From contig CAZGNC010000001.1 in the NCBI GenBank assembly GCA_964527235.1, positions 83,220-147,219 of the forward strand: a DNA stretch of 64,000 bases, read 5' to 3'. Source of the stretch: an uncultured Candidatus Saccharibacteria bacterium (GTDB lineage Bacteria > Patescibacteriota > Minisyncoccia > Phycocordibacterales > UBA9973). The notes under the pieces are model-generated. The model was not told where the DNA came from. It saw nothing but the letters and a program-made list of their open reading frames with translations, and did no database searches. Both the position numbers and the translations under genes were made by a program. Below are positions 1-8,329 of this stretch, one piece after another (positions within the stretch are counted from its first letter, which is position 1; every line of letters starts with the position of its first letter).

Positions 1-1
1 T

Positions 2-145
2 CTACAAAATGTGCTCAAGATTCCAGTTTATGTCGTAGACGACCCTCTTTCTGCTGTGGCGCGTGGTACAGGAGTTATACTAGATGATATTGAAGCTTAC
101 AAAGATGTTTTAATTGGGAACCAAGATGAGTTACCTCCTAGATAG
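2..145 (+). CDS. mreB: Rod shape-determining protein MreB, C-terminal fragment (runs off the window start)
   Basis: Frame-2 translation ...LKIPVYVVDDPLSAVARGTGVILDDIEAYKDVLIGNQDELPPR* matches the conserved MreB C-terminus (DPL..VARGTG). It is followed immediately by mreC. Confidence 0.75.
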   Translation, partial: LQNVLKIPVYVVDDPLSAVARGTGVILDDIEAYKDVLIGNQDELPPR

Positions 146-917
146 AAAATTAAAGAGAAAGAAGTTGGGCAAAATTGCTCTAGGTGTTTTAGGGCTTTTT
201 TTATTTTTTTATTTCAGAGTAGGAATTTTCGGTTTCTTTTCTAGCGTTTCAAGTTTTGTTTTTCGACCAGTTTTAAATTCAGGAAACATGGTGGGACAGA
301 GAGCGAGCGCTGTGTCGGCGTTCTTTCGGTCTAAAGATAGTTTCGTGGAAGAAAATGAAACTCTACGGAGAGACCTCGAAGCCACGTCTCTACGTCTAGC
401 GAATTACAATTCTATTCTCGATGAAAATATTAAATTGCGCGAAATTCTTGGTAGAAAAAAGGAAGACTCAAATATGATATTGGGTGCCATACTTTCCAAG
501 CCCAATCGTAGCCCATATGATACGTTGCTTATTGATATTGGAGAGAAGCATGGGGTGAAGGTAGGGGATTTGGTTCTGGCTTCTGGGTCCATTCCTATTG
601 GGAGGATTGCTGAAGTTTTCAGTAAATCTGCGAAGGTTGTTTTGTTTTCGACTTGGGGAGAAAGCAATCAAGTCGTTATCTCAGGTAAAGATATTTTTAT
701 CGACGCAGTTGGTCGCGGTGGAGGTAATTTCGAAATGGTGCTTTCTCGAGAGTTAGTCTTAGATAAAGGCACCGAAGTGCTTCTGCCTGGTAGTGACTCA
801 CGGGTTTTAGGAGTTGTAGAAACCACCATATCTGACCCCAGAGATGCGTTTAATAAAGTTTTAGTATTAAGTCTTGTAAACATTCAAGAACTCAAATTTG
901 TTCAAGTAGAAATATAA
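114..917 (+). CDS. mreC: Rod shape-determining protein MreC
   Basis: N-terminal TM segment, a coiled coil (LRRDLEATSLRLANYNSILDENIKLREIL), then beta-rich C-terminal domains, directly downstream of mreB. The track start is a TTG at 114; an in-frame ATG lies at 126. Confidence 0.8.
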   Translation: MGTKMSYLLDRKLKRKKLGKIALGVLGLFLFFYFRVGIFGFFSSVSSFVFRPVLNSGNMVGQRASAVSAFFRSKDSFVEENETLRRDLEATSLRLANYNSILDENIKLREILGRKKEDSNMILGAILSKPNRSPYDTLLIDIGEKHGVKVGDLVLASGSIPIGRIAEVFSKSAKVVLFSTWGESNQVVISGKDIFIDAVGRGGGNFEMVLSRELVLDKGTEVLLPGSDSRVLGVVETTISDPRDAFNKVLVLSLVNIQELKFVQVEI

Positions 918-919
918 TA

Positions 920-2119
920 ATGGAATTTAAGATTGAGAAAAAGTTAGCAAATAGTTTGGGCCGAGCGGGAGTACTCACGACACCACACGGGGTCATCGAG
1001 ACTCCAGCGTTTGTGCCTGTGGGCACGAAGGCCACAGTGAAGTCCCTCACCACTGAGCAGGTGAAAGACTTAGGTGCTCAGGTGGTGCTCGGTAATACTT
1101 ATCATCTTTATCTACAACCAGGTGACGAAATAGTGGCGAAGGCTGGAGGAATAGGAAAATTCATGAATTGGCCTGGACCGACCATGACTGATTCGGGAGG
1201 GTTTCAAGTTTTCTCTCTTGGAGCAGCTTATGGTAAAGATATATCAAAAATTGTAAAAATTACCGACCCGTCGCTGATGATTCCTGAGCGATTCGATGAT
1301 TCTCTGGCGCCCGCACTGGCGAAAATAGGAGCTGATGGAGTTTCTTTCAAATCCCATCTAGACGGTTCAATACACTACATAACTCCAGAGAAATCTATCG
1401 AGATTCAGCACAATCTCGGTGCAGATATTATTTTCGCATTTGATGAATGCACTTCACCTGCAGAAGATCTGCGTTACCAAGAAGAAGCTCTCGAGCGTAC
1501 TCATAGATGGGCTGAGAGAAGTTTAGTCCAACATAAAAAATTAAATACTGAAAACAAGATTGCATTATTTGGTATCGTGCAAGGCGGACGCGATGAAAAC
1601 TTACGCAAGAAATCAGCAGAGTTTATCTCTAGTTTAGACTTTGATGGTTTTGGTGTTGGAGGATCTTTCGCTAAAGAAGATATGTCGAGTGCGGTAAAGT
1701 GGGTCAACGAAATTCTTCCCGAAGATAAACCCAGGCACCTACTTGGCATTGGTGAACCTGAAGATCTATTTATGGGGATAGAAAACGGGGTGGATTTGTT
1801 CGATTGTGTCGCTCCTACTAGGTTAGGACGTAACGGAACTATATACACTAAAAAGGGAAGGATGCTCATAATGAACAAGCAATACCGAGATGATTTTTCT
1901 CCGATCGAGGCCGATTGCGGTTGTTATACTTGCAAGAATTATACTCGGGCCTACATCGCGCATATGTTCCACGGCAAGGAGATGCTAGGAGGGACGCTTG
2001 CCTCGACTCACAACTTATACTTCATAGTCAACCTAGTTAAGAAGATTAGGCAGTCTATTCTAGATGGCAATTTCTTTGAGTTTAAGGAGGAGTTCTTGGC
2101 ACAATATCTCCAGAAGTAG
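920..2119 (+). CDS. tgt: Queuine tRNA-ribosyltransferase
   Basis: LGNTYHLYLQPG; catalytic FDCVAPTRLGRNG; Zn-site CGCYTCKNYTRAYIAHMF. Confidence 0.9.
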   Translation: MEFKIEKKLANSLGRAGVLTTPHGVIETPAFVPVGTKATVKSLTTEQVKDLGAQVVLGNTYHLYLQPGDEIVAKAGGIGKFMNWPGPTMTDSGGFQVFSLGAAYGKDISKIVKITDPSLMIPERFDDSLAPALAKIGADGVSFKSHLDGSIHYITPEKSIEIQHNLGADIIFAFDECTSPAEDLRYQEEALERTHRWAERSLVQHKKLNTENKIALFGIVQGGRDENLRKKSAEFISSLDFDGFGVGGSFAKEDMSSAVKWVNEILPEDKPRHLLGIGEPEDLFMGIENGVDLFDCVAPTRLGRNGTIYTKKGRMLIMNKQYRDDFSPIEADCGCYTCKNYTRAYIAHMFHGKEMLGGTLASTHNLYFIVNLVKKIRQSILDGNFFEFKEEFLAQYLQK

Positions 2120-2125
2120 TTTGAT

Positions 2126-2154
2126 TTGACAAGTAACTTATAAAATGTTATACT
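2126..2154 (+). promoter_or_regulatory. Sigma-70 type promoter (TTGACA-17 nt-TATACT) upstream of the decarboxylase gene
   Basis: TTGACA at 2126-2131, a 17-nt spacer, TATACT at 2149-2154, about 60 nt upstream of the ATG at 2213. Confidence 0.55.
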
Positions 2155-2212
2155 TATATAGTTAGTTTTACTTTACAATTATTTCGCAGTTGCTATACTG
2201 TTTTACATTTAA

Positions 2213-3628
2213 ATGTCAGATAAAAAAGTTCGCAAAATAAAAAAGACAAAGAAGCCAGGAAAGAATTGGAGAAAATTTTGGAAACTTGGTGCGGATGAAT
2301 TTAACACTCAATTTCTAGGTGTGAACAAAGAAGGTGAGCTCACTGCTACCGAAGGCCATCACGTTTACAACCTCCACGACTTAGCACAGAAATACGGGAC
2401 ACCTCTTCAGGTGGTTTTCCCATTTCTTATTGAAGACCGACTGAAAGATCTGATCGGTTATTTCCAAGCGTATATGAAGATATACGGTTACAAGGGTAGA
2501 TTCTCTTATCATTACCCAATGAAAGTTAACCAGAACAAAGAATTTATTTTACCTATTCTCTCTGAGGGTGGAAATCTCGAAGTGACTTCTGCTAACGAGC
2601 TTTGGCTTGTGAAGAAACTCTGGGAAGGTGAGAAATTCAACAGCAAGATACGTGTGCTATGTAATGGTCCTAAGACTGATCAGTATATAGACCTGATCGA
2701 AGAGCTTCGCGGTAAGGGTATGAGCATCGTGCCTATCATTGAGGGCTACGAAGAGATAGAAAAATTTGTTAAGTATAAGGGTGATGTCGGCGTGCGCGTG
2801 GATTTAAATATTAAAGCTGACACTCATTGGGATAAAAAGTTCGACCGTTTCGGACTTTCTGAGAAAGACGTTTTGGATTTAGGTAAGATGAAGAATCTAA
2901 AAATTCTGCACTACCACCTAGGTTCACAGATTAAAACTCAGAAAAGTATTCTAGACGGTGTGAAGCACGCGTTTAGTATTTATGTGCAGGTTCAAAAGAC
3001 TAACCCATCTCTAGACACCCTAGATATCGGTGGTGGATTCGGCGTGCCTTACGAAAAGAAGAAATTCTATACTGCGAAAGGCGTTTCAAGTAAAATCATT
3101 AAAGTTCTTAAAAATCTTTCCGATAAAGCAGGCATCAGACACCCTAACTTAGCAGTTGAGTGGGGTCAATACATCGTAGCTCCTTCTCAGGTTACTCTCT
3201 ATAAAGTAATCTCAGAGAAAGCTATTCCGAAAGCTAATGCCAAGGCCTGGTATATAGTAGATGGTAGCTTCATGAATGACCTCAAGGATACTTGGGCGAT
3301 ACATCAGAAATGGCACACCATCCCAGCGAACAACATGGACGGTGCACTTAAGACCGTATGGCTTGCAGGTAGTACCTGTGACTCTGACGATAAATACACC
3401 GCCGGCGGTAACTATATCTTGCTTCCTAAGTTGCATGAGAATAAAGATCAATACGTCGCGCTTCTAGATACTGGTGCCTACCAAGATGCGCTAGCGTCTC
3501 ACCACTGTCTGCTTGCAGCACCGATGAAATTAATCGCTCAAGATGGTACTATTAAGATAGCTCGCAAGCGCGAGACACCTGAGTCTATCGGCAAACTCTT
3601 TGGCTGGACCAACGGGGATCATAAATAA
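2213..3628 (+). CDS. PLP-dependent fold-type III decarboxylase, biosynthetic arginine decarboxylase (SpeA)-like
   Basis: HYPMKVNQN (SpeA has YPIKVNQ) and DIGGGFGVPYE motifs of the Orn/DAP/Arg decarboxylase family. It is shorter than E. coli SpeA. Confidence 0.65.
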   Translation: MSDKKVRKIKKTKKPGKNWRKFWKLGADEFNTQFLGVNKEGELTATEGHHVYNLHDLAQKYGTPLQVVFPFLIEDRLKDLIGYFQAYMKIYGYKGRFSYHYPMKVNQNKEFILPILSEGGNLEVTSANELWLVKKLWEGEKFNSKIRVLCNGPKTDQYIDLIEELRGKGMSIVPIIEGYEEIEKFVKYKGDVGVRVDLNIKADTHWDKKFDRFGLSEKDVLDLGKMKNLKILHYHLGSQIKTQKSILDGVKHAFSIYVQVQKTNPSLDTLDIGGGFGVPYEKKKFYTAKGVSSKIIKVLKNLSDKAGIRHPNLAVEWGQYIVAPSQVTLYKVISEKAIPKANAKAWYIVDGSFMNDLKDTWAIHQKWHTIPANNMDGALKTVWLAGSTCDSDDKYTAGGNYILLPKLHENKDQYVALLDTGAYQDALASHHCLLAAPMKLIAQDGTIKIARKRETPESIGKLFGWTNGDHK

Positions 3629-3642
3629 TTTTCATTTTTAAA

Positions 3643-4116
3643 ATGAAGCAATCAATATTTTTTGTAATAATAGTTACTCTGTTTGCTGTTGTGAATTTTA
3701 TATGGGTGGAGAAGAAATATACTCCCGATACACCACCTCTAACTGTACAAGAAGCGAAAATAAAATATGCAGAGCTTGCTGGTAAAAAGATTAAAGTTGA
3801 TCTAGCTCAAAGCAAAGCCGAGCAGGAACTCGGTCTTTCGGGTAGATCTTCTTTAGCTCCCGATGAAGGACTGCTTTTTGTATTCGAAAATTCTGCCCAA
3901 CATCTTTTCTGGATGAAAGATATGAAGTTCGCTATTGATATTATCTGGATAGACGCAGATGGCAAGGTTGTATATATTAAAAAATCCGCAACCCCAGATT
4001 CTTACCCTGAAGTTTTCAAACCAACTTTAAATGCGAAATACGTTCTAGAAGTTTTAGCTGGATTTTCTGATAGTAATAATCTCAAAGAGGGGGATAGTGT
4101 CCTCTTTACATTCTAG
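3643..4116 (+). CDS. DUF192 (COG1430) family protein
   Basis: N-terminal TM segment; LGLSGRSSLAPDEGLLFVF...FWMKDMKFAIDIIWIDADGKVVYI matches the DUF192 signature. Confidence 0.8.
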   Translation: MKQSIFFVIIVTLFAVVNFIWVEKKYTPDTPPLTVQEAKIKYAELAGKKIKVDLAQSKAEQELGLSGRSSLAPDEGLLFVFENSAQHLFWMKDMKFAIDIIWIDADGKVVYIKKSATPDSYPEVFKPTLNAKYVLEVLAGFSDSNNLKEGDSVLFTF

Positions 4117-4128
4117 TTCTGAAATAGA

Positions 4129-4165
4129 AAATCCCCCGCTTTAGGCAGGGGATTCTCATTTTTTC
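4129..4165. terminator. Bidirectional intrinsic terminator shared by the DUF192 gene (+) and rnpB (-)
   Basis: Hairpin AATCCCC-cgctttaggca-GGGGATT flanked by T-runs on both strands. Confidence 0.6.
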
Positions 4166-4514
4166 ATGGGTATCTATAAGCCGAATTCTGTGTTTTAGCC
4201 GAAGCTAAAAGATAGTAATTTATCTAGGCCCACACTTGCGTGGGGGCTCAAGCGATTCTCTCCAACCAAGGTCGGAGCACGATCTTGCACAGGGGTAAGG
4301 GTTTAGCCGTTTCACTCCTAATGTTGCCATCAGGACTCACCCTTGGCTTGCGCTTTGGGTGTCCCTAGATTTTCACCTCGGGACGTCTCTGCTCGCACCT
4401 ATACATTGCTGTACACGGGGGTTACCCGCTACCTGTCTCTCCGACCAAGGTCGGAGCTGTGTTCGGACTTTCCTCTATAAAGACCGAAGTCTCTACAGTA
4501 ACTATCCAATACCC
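4166..4514 (-). ncRNA. rnpB: RNase P RNA, bacterial type A
   Basis: The reverse complement reads 5' GGGUAU...AGAGGAAAGUCCGAACACAGCUCC...GGUGAAAA...GCUUGAGCC...GGCCUAGAUAAAUUACUAUC...ACAGAAUUCGGCUUAUAGAUACCC 3'. This matches the P4 halves (GGAAAGUCCG / ACAGAA..CGGCUUAU), the CUUGAGCC...GGCCUAGAU block and P1 pairing (GGGUAU/AUACCC), with covariation CCGAA/UUCGG in P4. A near-identical 21-nt hairpin (GCUCCGACCUUGGUYGGAGAG) occurs twice inside the RNA. Confidence 0.9.
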
Positions 4515-4545
4515 ACGTCTGCATCCTAGCATATTTCCCCAAAAC

Positions 4546-4574
4546 TTGCATTATTTTTAGTAATATGATATACT
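4546..4574 (+). promoter_or_regulatory. Near-consensus sigma-70 promoter (TTGCAT-17 nt-TATACT) divergent from rnpB
   Basis: TTGCAT at 4546-4551, a 17-nt spacer, TATACT at 4569-4574. Confidence 0.55.
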
Positions 4575-4580
4575 GTATGC

Positions 4581-4663
4581 GTGAGTGTGAGGTAATTCTC
4601 ACCTTTATAGAACAACATAAGTGCCGCAAGACCCCGCCGTAAGGCGGGGTCTTGTTTTTCTTT
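4581..4663 (+). ncRNA. Candidate small RNA or attenuator leader (~83 nt) between the promoter and an intrinsic terminator, upstream of the Clp-like ATPase gene
   Basis: The predicted TSS lies about 7 nt after TATACT. There is an internal hairpin GUGAG..CUCAC, then the terminator CAAGACCCCGCC-guaa-GGCGGGGUCUUG followed by UUUUUCUUU. No ORF is present. Confidence 0.4.
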
Positions 4664-4691
4664 AGGGTTCTCTATGTGTTAGAATAAATCA

Positions 4692-6581
4692 ATGCATCCT
4701 GGATTAGTGTCTTGGAAAAACTTACTCGTTTATTCTTTTAACGCTTTTTCAACTCCGCTTCTTTTGAAGACCTTGTTTGATCCTTGGAAGAGGGATGATG
4801 ACGTGGGGAGGAACTCAACATTTCTAGAAAGATTCGTCTTCGCTATTATCTCTCGAGTTCTGGGATTTATTGCTAGACTTTTCTTGATTCTTGTTGGACT
4901 TATTTTTTATTTATTGACAGTCTGCACTTTCCCTATTTTCTTTTTTGTACCTTTTAAAATCTCTACTGAGTATTTACAGAGTCTTGGGAGCGTCGGCGCA
5001 TCTCTATCTTATGGTGATACATATACACTAAATGCGCACAGTCGTGACGTGCTCTCACCGATAGCATTGAAACTTTTCGGTAAGGAGAAAACCTTTCGAA
5101 TGATCGAACGTGGGCTCGATAAAGACACCAACCACAATGTTTTGCTTGTGGGCGAGACGGGCTCTGGTAAGACTACAGTAGTGGACTATCTCGGTCGCCT
5201 AGGTCGCTCGGGGCTTTCTTTCCCAGGTATTCGTAACCATCGCGTGGTGGAGCTTTTCATGGAGGGTATAAGTATTGAGGATTTCGATCAAGCTCTTCGT
5301 GAAGCCAACTCTGCGGGCAATGTCGTTCTTGTGATTGAGAACATTCATAGTTATGAAAATATTTTCGATAGGATTATGCCGTACCTGGTGACTTCGAGTT
5401 TGGGAGTTGTGGTGACCACAGATTTTGCTAATTACGACAGAGTGCTTAAAAATTATCCAGAATTTCTTTCTAAGTTTGAGAAGGTTGATGTTCTACCTTC
5501 TAACTTCGAAGACACAGTAAATATAATTAAGAACCATGTTCGTATTTCTGGCACTAGGATCAAAGACGATGCAGTTTTAGAAATAGTCCGACTCTCTGAT
5601 AGATATATCGGCAACCAACCGCAACCACTTAAGTCACTATTGATTCTAGAAGAGCTTCGCTCGCTCAGAAAGACTATCACTATCGAAGACGTCGAGCAGG
5701 TGATTTCAGACAAAACCAACATGCCGATAGGGGCACTAAGTCGCGACGAGCGCTCTGTGTTGGTGGGCCTAGAGGACGCTATGAAGCGCAAGATCATCGG
5801 CCAGGAAGAAGCAGTTAAAGACGTGTGTAACGCCCTACAGCGCCTCCGCACGGGTATATCTGACCCTAGTAAGCCTGCAGGAAGCTTCTTGTTCTTGGGG
5901 CCTACTGGTGTGGGTAAGACCTATACAGCCAAGATCTTAGCTGAGAGTTATTTCGGTAGAAAGAATGCGATGATACGTTTCGATATGACTGAATTTTCTC
6001 TACCTGAGTCAGTGCCTACTTTCGTAGATAGACTGGCGTCAGTTATTGAAGAAGCGCCACTTTCGCTAGTATTTCTAGACGAGCTTGAGAAGTCGAACAG
6101 AATGATTCAGAATTTATTTTTGCAAATTCTAGACGAGGGGGGGCTGACTCGCGGTACAGGTAGAGAAGTGTCTTTCAAAGATGCATTAATCATCGCTACG
6201 TCTAACGCTGGAAGCGCGACAATAATACAAAATCCAAATATTGATAAGAAGACTTTGGTAAGTGATTTAATTCGCAATAATATTTTTGCGCCAGAATTTT
6301 TAAACAGATTTAGTAGTGTGGTACTCTTTGGCCCGCTTAGCGCAGATGAGGTGAGGGAAGTCGCCAAGCTTCTGCTTAACGAACTAGCTCAGAGGTTGCT
6401 TGAAGATAAAAATATAAAATTAGAAATTACCGAAGCGCTTGTAGACAAGATAGCGTTAGCGGGATTTGATTTAGAATTCGGTGCACGACCTATCAAGCGC
6501 GCAATTGAAGATATTGTAGAAAATAAAGTAGCGGACTACATAATGGCAGGGAATACTGGCGGAACTTTAAAGATTTTATAA
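4692..6581 (+). CDS. Clp/Hsp100-family double AAA+ ATPase (ClpC/ClpB-like) with an N-terminal transmembrane anchor in place of the Clp N-domain
   Basis: Two TM helices (aa ~50-95); D1 Walker A LLVGETGSGKTT; D2 Walker A FLFLGPTGVGKTYTAKILAE; LVFLDELEKS; C-terminal D2-small domain GARPIKRAIEDIV. Confidence 0.8.
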   Translation: MHPGLVSWKNLLVYSFNAFSTPLLLKTLFDPWKRDDDVGRNSTFLERFVFAIISRVLGFIARLFLILVGLIFYLLTVCTFPIFFFVPFKISTEYLQSLGSVGASLSYGDTYTLNAHSRDVLSPIALKLFGKEKTFRMIERGLDKDTNHNVLLVGETGSGKTTVVDYLGRLGRSGLSFPGIRNHRVVELFMEGISIEDFDQALREANSAGNVVLVIENIHSYENIFDRIMPYLVTSSLGVVVTTDFANYDRVLKNYPEFLSKFEKVDVLPSNFEDTVNIIKNHVRISGTRIKDDAVLEIVRLSDRYIGNQPQPLKSLLILEELRSLRKTITIEDVEQVISDKTNMPIGALSRDERSVLVGLEDAMKRKIIGQEEAVKDVCNALQRLRTGISDPSKPAGSFLFLGPTGVGKTYTAKILAESYFGRKNAMIRFDMTEFSLPESVPTFVDRLASVIEEAPLSLVFLDELEKSNRMIQNLFLQILDEGGLTRGTGREVSFKDALIIATSNAGSATIIQNPNIDKKTLVSDLIRNNIFAPEFLNRFSSVVLFGPLSADEVREVAKLLLNELAQRLLEDKNIKLEITEALVDKIALAGFDLEFGARPIKRAIEDIVENKVADYIMAGNTGGTLKIL

Positions 6582-6595
6582 AAAAGAAAACAAAG

Positions 6596-6622
6596 AGGCC
6601 CCGTGCTTGCGCGCGGGGCCAT
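6596..6622. terminator. GC hairpin GGCCCCGTGC-ttgc-GCGCGGGGCC at the left boundary of the GC-rich island
   Basis: Perfect stem with a T-rich tract on the minus-strand side (TCTTTGTTTTCTTTTTT), so it terminates the minus-strand lipoprotein gene. It may also act on the Clp-like gene. Confidence 0.55.
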
Positions 6623-6672
6623 GAATGTCTCTCTTTGATGTCAGCCGAGAGACGATTGGCTGTTTGCTTCAA

Positions 6673-8298
6673 CTACGAACTTCCTTCAACCCTTCGCATC
6701 TCTGCGAGAAGGGTAGCTTCACCTCCGGGCTCGAGCGTAGCACGAGCTTCGCCGATGAGGTCGTTAGACCCCGGCTTGACGCATCGCGAGGTGTACTCGC
6801 CGGGCAACATCCCGCGGAGAGTGGTGGGGGTGGTGAAGATTCCCACGATCCCTCCGTTTGTCCGAACTTCGCACTGCATCTCGGGCAGGTTTGCCCGGAT
6901 GTTCAGTGTGCCGCCCATGATGCAGATCAGCTTGGCTGTCTTGCCGGCTTCCACAACAGCGCGTCCTTCGCCGATGATCTGGCCACCAGAGCCAGGCTTC
7001 ACGCATTTCCCGATGTATTCACCGGGTTGTCTGTTTGTGAGCGTGGTGTCGGTCAGCCACGCTCCAATGATGGTTCCGCCGAACGACACCTTCATCTCGA
7101 CGGGACCGTCGATGTTGTCGGTCAACACCAAGGTTCCCGTGGTTGGTGCCGGCGGTGGCGGCGGAGGTGGCGGAGCCACTTCCTTTTCCACATCGCAGTT
7201 CGACACCGTGCGTTGGTCGACGTTCACCGCGACGGGTGGAACCAGTCGCGACACGTATCCAGCGGGAGCCGTGTACGTGACCGAATAGAATCCAGCCTCG
7301 ACATTGATGCTGTCGGGCAGGGCGGGGAAGGACTTCAGCACAGACGAACTTCCAAGCTTCCGCACTTCAGCTTTCACGCCTGCAACTGTGCAGGTAGCGA
7401 GCAGCTTGCCCATGATTCTGGGCGGCGGCGGTGGAGCCGGCGGTTCCGGCTTGAGCGGGTTGTCACACACCGCGTTTGCTGAACCTCCTGCTGGCACCAC
7501 AGCGTAGGCCGTATCGGCCATACGCTTTCCTTCGGGGTCTTCGCATACAACCACGTAGCCTCCCGCCTTGACCTTGAGGTCGAAGTCGGTCGTTTGTGTG
7601 GTCAAGAGAGACCCGTAGAGCGCCGTGTATACCTTCGCGCGCATCCCTCTGGGTGAGGAATACACGTTGAGCACTCCGCTGTCCGACGCTATGGTCGGGA
7701 GCGGAGTGAGGTCGACGAGGAGCGTCTTCGTCGTTCGCGGATCTGGTGTCCATTCGGCCAGCCTGCTAGCATAGCCAGCGCGGCTGAGCGCGAAGATGTA
7801 CGATGACCCGTTACCGACGACGCTCGCCGTGTGAGGCGTCGTCGCATTTGTGAGCTTGGTCCAAGTGGTCGCACCGTTTGTGCGAGCCTGAGCCATGCTG
7901 TCTACCTTGGCCGTCATGCCGTCCTGTGTGCGGACGATGATGGTGGCCATGCTGTCGAGCGGCATCGTGGTCGACGGTTTGACCGTGACGCTGTCGGAGG
8001 CCTGGGTGTTTCCACCAGGGCCAGATGCGAACGCCCGGTATCGTACCGAACGCGACGGGTAGTCCGTCAACGTGTCGCACTTGGCGACAGTGAACCCTCC
8101 GGGTGACACCTGGATGGTGTTGAACCCAGTACCGCAGACTTCAATCTGCACCGGTTGCCCGGTCGTGATCGAGTCCTGCTTGATGTTGATCGTGACCGTT
8201 GGCGCTTCAGGCGCCGACGGTGGGGCTGTGATCTCTTCTACCGGATTGTTACATCCGGCGAGGATGACGAGCCCTACGATTGCAGCGAATCTTTTCAT
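6673..8298 (-). CDS. Secreted lipoprotein with PEGA-like domains, poly-Pro linkers and two C-terminal repeated beta domains (high-GC island)
   Basis: Start is placed at MKRFAAIVGLVILAGC (lipobox LAGC) with RBS GAGGAA 5 nt upstream. The track ORF extends a further 44 codons to 8430. PEPPAPPPPP and PPPPPPPPAP linkers. PEGA-like GFYSVTYTAPAGYVS. Duplicated ~60-aa C-terminal unit (PGEYIGKCVKPGSGGQIIGEGRAV / PGEYTSRCVKPGSNDLIGEARATL). About 60% GC. Confidence 0.7.
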   Translation of the reverse strand: MKRFAAIVGLVILAGCNNPVEEITAPPSAPEAPTVTINIKQDSITTGQPVQIEVCGTGFNTIQVSPGGFTVAKCDTLTDYPSRSVRYRAFASGPGGNTQASDSVTVKPSTTMPLDSMATIIVRTQDGMTAKVDSMAQARTNGATTWTKLTNATTPHTASVVGNGSSYIFALSRAGYASRLAEWTPDPRTTKTLLVDLTPLPTIASDSGVLNVYSSPRGMRAKVYTALYGSLLTTQTTDFDLKVKAGGYVVVCEDPEGKRMADTAYAVVPAGGSANAVCDNPLKPEPPAPPPPPRIMGKLLATCTVAGVKAEVRKLGSSSVLKSFPALPDSINVEAGFYSVTYTAPAGYVSRLVPPVAVNVDQRTVSNCDVEKEVAPPPPPPPPAPTTGTLVLTDNIDGPVEMKVSFGGTIIGAWLTDTTLTNRQPGEYIGKCVKPGSGGQIIGEGRAVVEAGKTAKLICIMGGTLNIRANLPEMQCEVRTNGGIVGIFTTPTTLRGMLPGEYTSRCVKPGSNDLIGEARATLEPGGEATLLAEMRRVEGSS

Positions 8299-8329
8299 GT
8301 GTTCCTCATCGGGGGTTCTTGTGTGGGAG

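Noticed and set aside
4429-4629. 66-aa minus-strand ORF
   Set aside because: It lies inside rnpB and its promoter region, so it is a spurious reading of structured-RNA sequence.
6625-7482. Long plus-strand ORFs (285 and 217 aa, Arg/Gly-rich) opposite the GC-rich lipoprotein gene, and 8570-9496 (+) opposite the OmpA-like gene
   Set aside because: These are typical high-GC antisense shadow ORFs (Arg-rich low complexity). The minus-strand frames have a lipobox signal peptide, OmpA motif, RBSs and coherent domain structure.
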